A program made the position numbers and the translations under genes. Below, piece by piece: positions 62,381 to 64,000 of a DNA stretch of 64,000 bases (positions are counted from its first letter, which is position 1; every line of letters starts with the position of its first letter). Location: NCBI GenBank assembly GCA_002633005.1, contig NMRA01000202.1, positions 455,667 through 519,666 on the forward strand, written 5' to 3'. A model generated the notes under the pieces. That model had not been told where the DNA came from. It was given only the letters and a program-made list of their open reading frames with translations, and made no database searches. The DNA comes from Phoronis australis. Lineage: Eukaryota; Animalia; Phoronida.

Positions 62381-63710
62381 AGGCGAAGGCAACCTTTTTT
62401 CATGTCACTTTTAGAAAAACTAAGGTTCGTTGATTATCCCAGACACATTTTTCACTTAATTACAGCTTTTCGTAATTTGATTAATTTCTCGTCCTCTACT
62501 CCGGAAGTGACGTTTTGGGAGGCAAGAGTTTCGCTCCAATTTCTTTTCAATATAGTCTGACTATGAGAGCTGTCGAGTCAGTCATTGTTCAACCTCGGTT
62601 ATGATAACTTCGGTCGTCGTTTGCTTTTGTTTACAAGTCAGTCAACATGCCACGCTGTTGCTGCGTGCTGGTATGTATTCATTATCGTCTCACACGCGCT
62701 TTGGGTACCTTGCGTCGCTTTCCGAAGGCTGACACACTTCGGCGTACTTGGCTAGCTCGTTCATGTGAAGAACGCAGCGCTACCCGTCCACGCAACGTAC
62801 AAAGCAGAGGAGGGTTACCTAGGGCGACAACCATTTTCTGCCGTCAGATTACGACATAGATATGTACGCTGAATTGATGAAGGTCCCTGAGAACAACGCC
62901 TGAAGAAGGGTACCATACCGTCGCTGTTGATTCCTGGCAGTGCCCGTCGCCAACCCCGAGAAGTGCATTTTTGAAGCGAGAAGCCTCGCGAGCTGTGGCC
63001 ATTATATACAGTGACTGGAGGCACTTCATCTACTGTCACCCGTGCCTCCGAACGTACCCCCATTGCGTGCAATTCCGGGACCTAGCAGTGATTCGCCCTG
63101 TGCTGTTGTCTCTAGCCCAGAGCCTGTAAGCAGCCCTACAGCGATGTTGAGTAGTGGGAGTGAATACGGGCCCAGTTCGACACCCAGCGAAGAGGACAGT
63201 TCGTCATCCAATGAACAGATTGGTGAGCCTAAGTTTGATAAGTTTATTGTGGACTTGTATTGGAGCTATTTAGAAGGTGCCAGGTGTGTGGCGAGGGAGT
63301 CACACGGCGGGATGTAAGCAGTTTGGGTGCTCAGATCACCCTCCAGTTGGAGTGTGTCGCGGGACACTCGGGCAAGTGGGACAGTTCTTCCTCTGTACGT
63401 GAGACGATAATGAGTACACCCCAGTACGCAGCAACAGCGTGGCATATTGACTGACTCGTAAGCAAAAGCAAACGACGACCGAACTTATCACAACCGAGGT
63501 AGAACAATGACTGACTCGACTGCTCTCACAGTTAGACTACATGAAAAGAAATTGGCGCGAAATTCTTGCCTCCCAAAACGTCACCTCCGGAGTAGACGAC
63601 GAGTAATTAATTAAATTACGAAAAGCAGTAAATAAGTGAAAAATATGTCTGGGATAATCAACGAACCTTATTTTTGCTAAAAATTACATGAAAAAAGGTT
63701 GCCTTCGCCT
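62381..63710 (+). mobile_element. Kolobok-like non-autonomous element: TTAA TSD, ~313-bp TIRs, frameshifted THAP-transposase 5' portion
   Basis: TTAA|AGGCGAAGGCAACC ... GGTTGCCTTCGCCT|TTAA. THAP pieces MPRCCCVL.C, FPK..LRRTWL, DNHFLPSDY and RLKKGTIPSL, then KFIV...ELFRRCQVCG...LECVAGHSGKWDSS, matching the Cys-rich region that precedes the DDE core of Kolobok transposases. Confidence 0.85.
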
Positions 63711-64000
63711 TTAAAAACCTTTTGAAGCTTCATTTTATGATACGATGTTACAATGGAGTTACCCGACATACGTATGCATGCTGTTTATGTTTATGTTTAA
63801 GTCTTGTTGTTTAAAGGAGAGCAAGCTTGTTTTCTTATATACGTGAGGTCCATTGAACAGCAGCAATCGAAAAGACCATCTAATTTAACGCTGAAATCCA
63901 TTCACGGCCACTCATGAGTGCGTCAGTGCACTAACCATCAATGTATTTATACGTATTAGTTTGCACAACCATCGTGCCCCACACGTTGACAACATTGACA

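Overview
Eukaryotic, AT-rich, intron-containing genomic DNA from an invertebrate animal (repeat landscape suggests a marine lophotrochozoan; not provable from sequence alone), from a gapped draft assembly (N at 4975, 24079, 45846, 59239-59253). Three conserved genes were spliced by hand: an AQP8-like aquaporin (+, 5 coding exons, 5093-16823, 275 aa), an MPPE1/Cdc1-like membrane metallophosphoesterase (-, 8 coding exons, 30930-24160, 352 aa, one GC-AG intron) and a single-coding-exon RASD/Rhes/Di-Ras-like GTPase (-, 55727-54981). There is also a candidate 159-aa orphan gene (22017-22496). The rest is mostly non-autonomous DNA transposons: Kolobok/THAP relics with TTAA sites, an ISL2EU-like derivative, 5-bp-TSD MITEs and Helentron-like elements with internal tandem arrays, plus CR1-like LINE relics, tRNA-derived SINE heads and minisatellites. 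The most striking unexplained structure is three sequence-unrelated element families that share one architecture: a long terminal palindrome, an inverted-box/spacer core resembling a tyrosine-recombinase site, and a distal half-site. I interpret these as Crypton-like non-autonomous elements, but no recombinase gene is in the window. Two apparent exon duplications flank single Ns and are most likely haplotype/assembly artefacts. No CRISPR array, rRNA or intact tRNA was seen.
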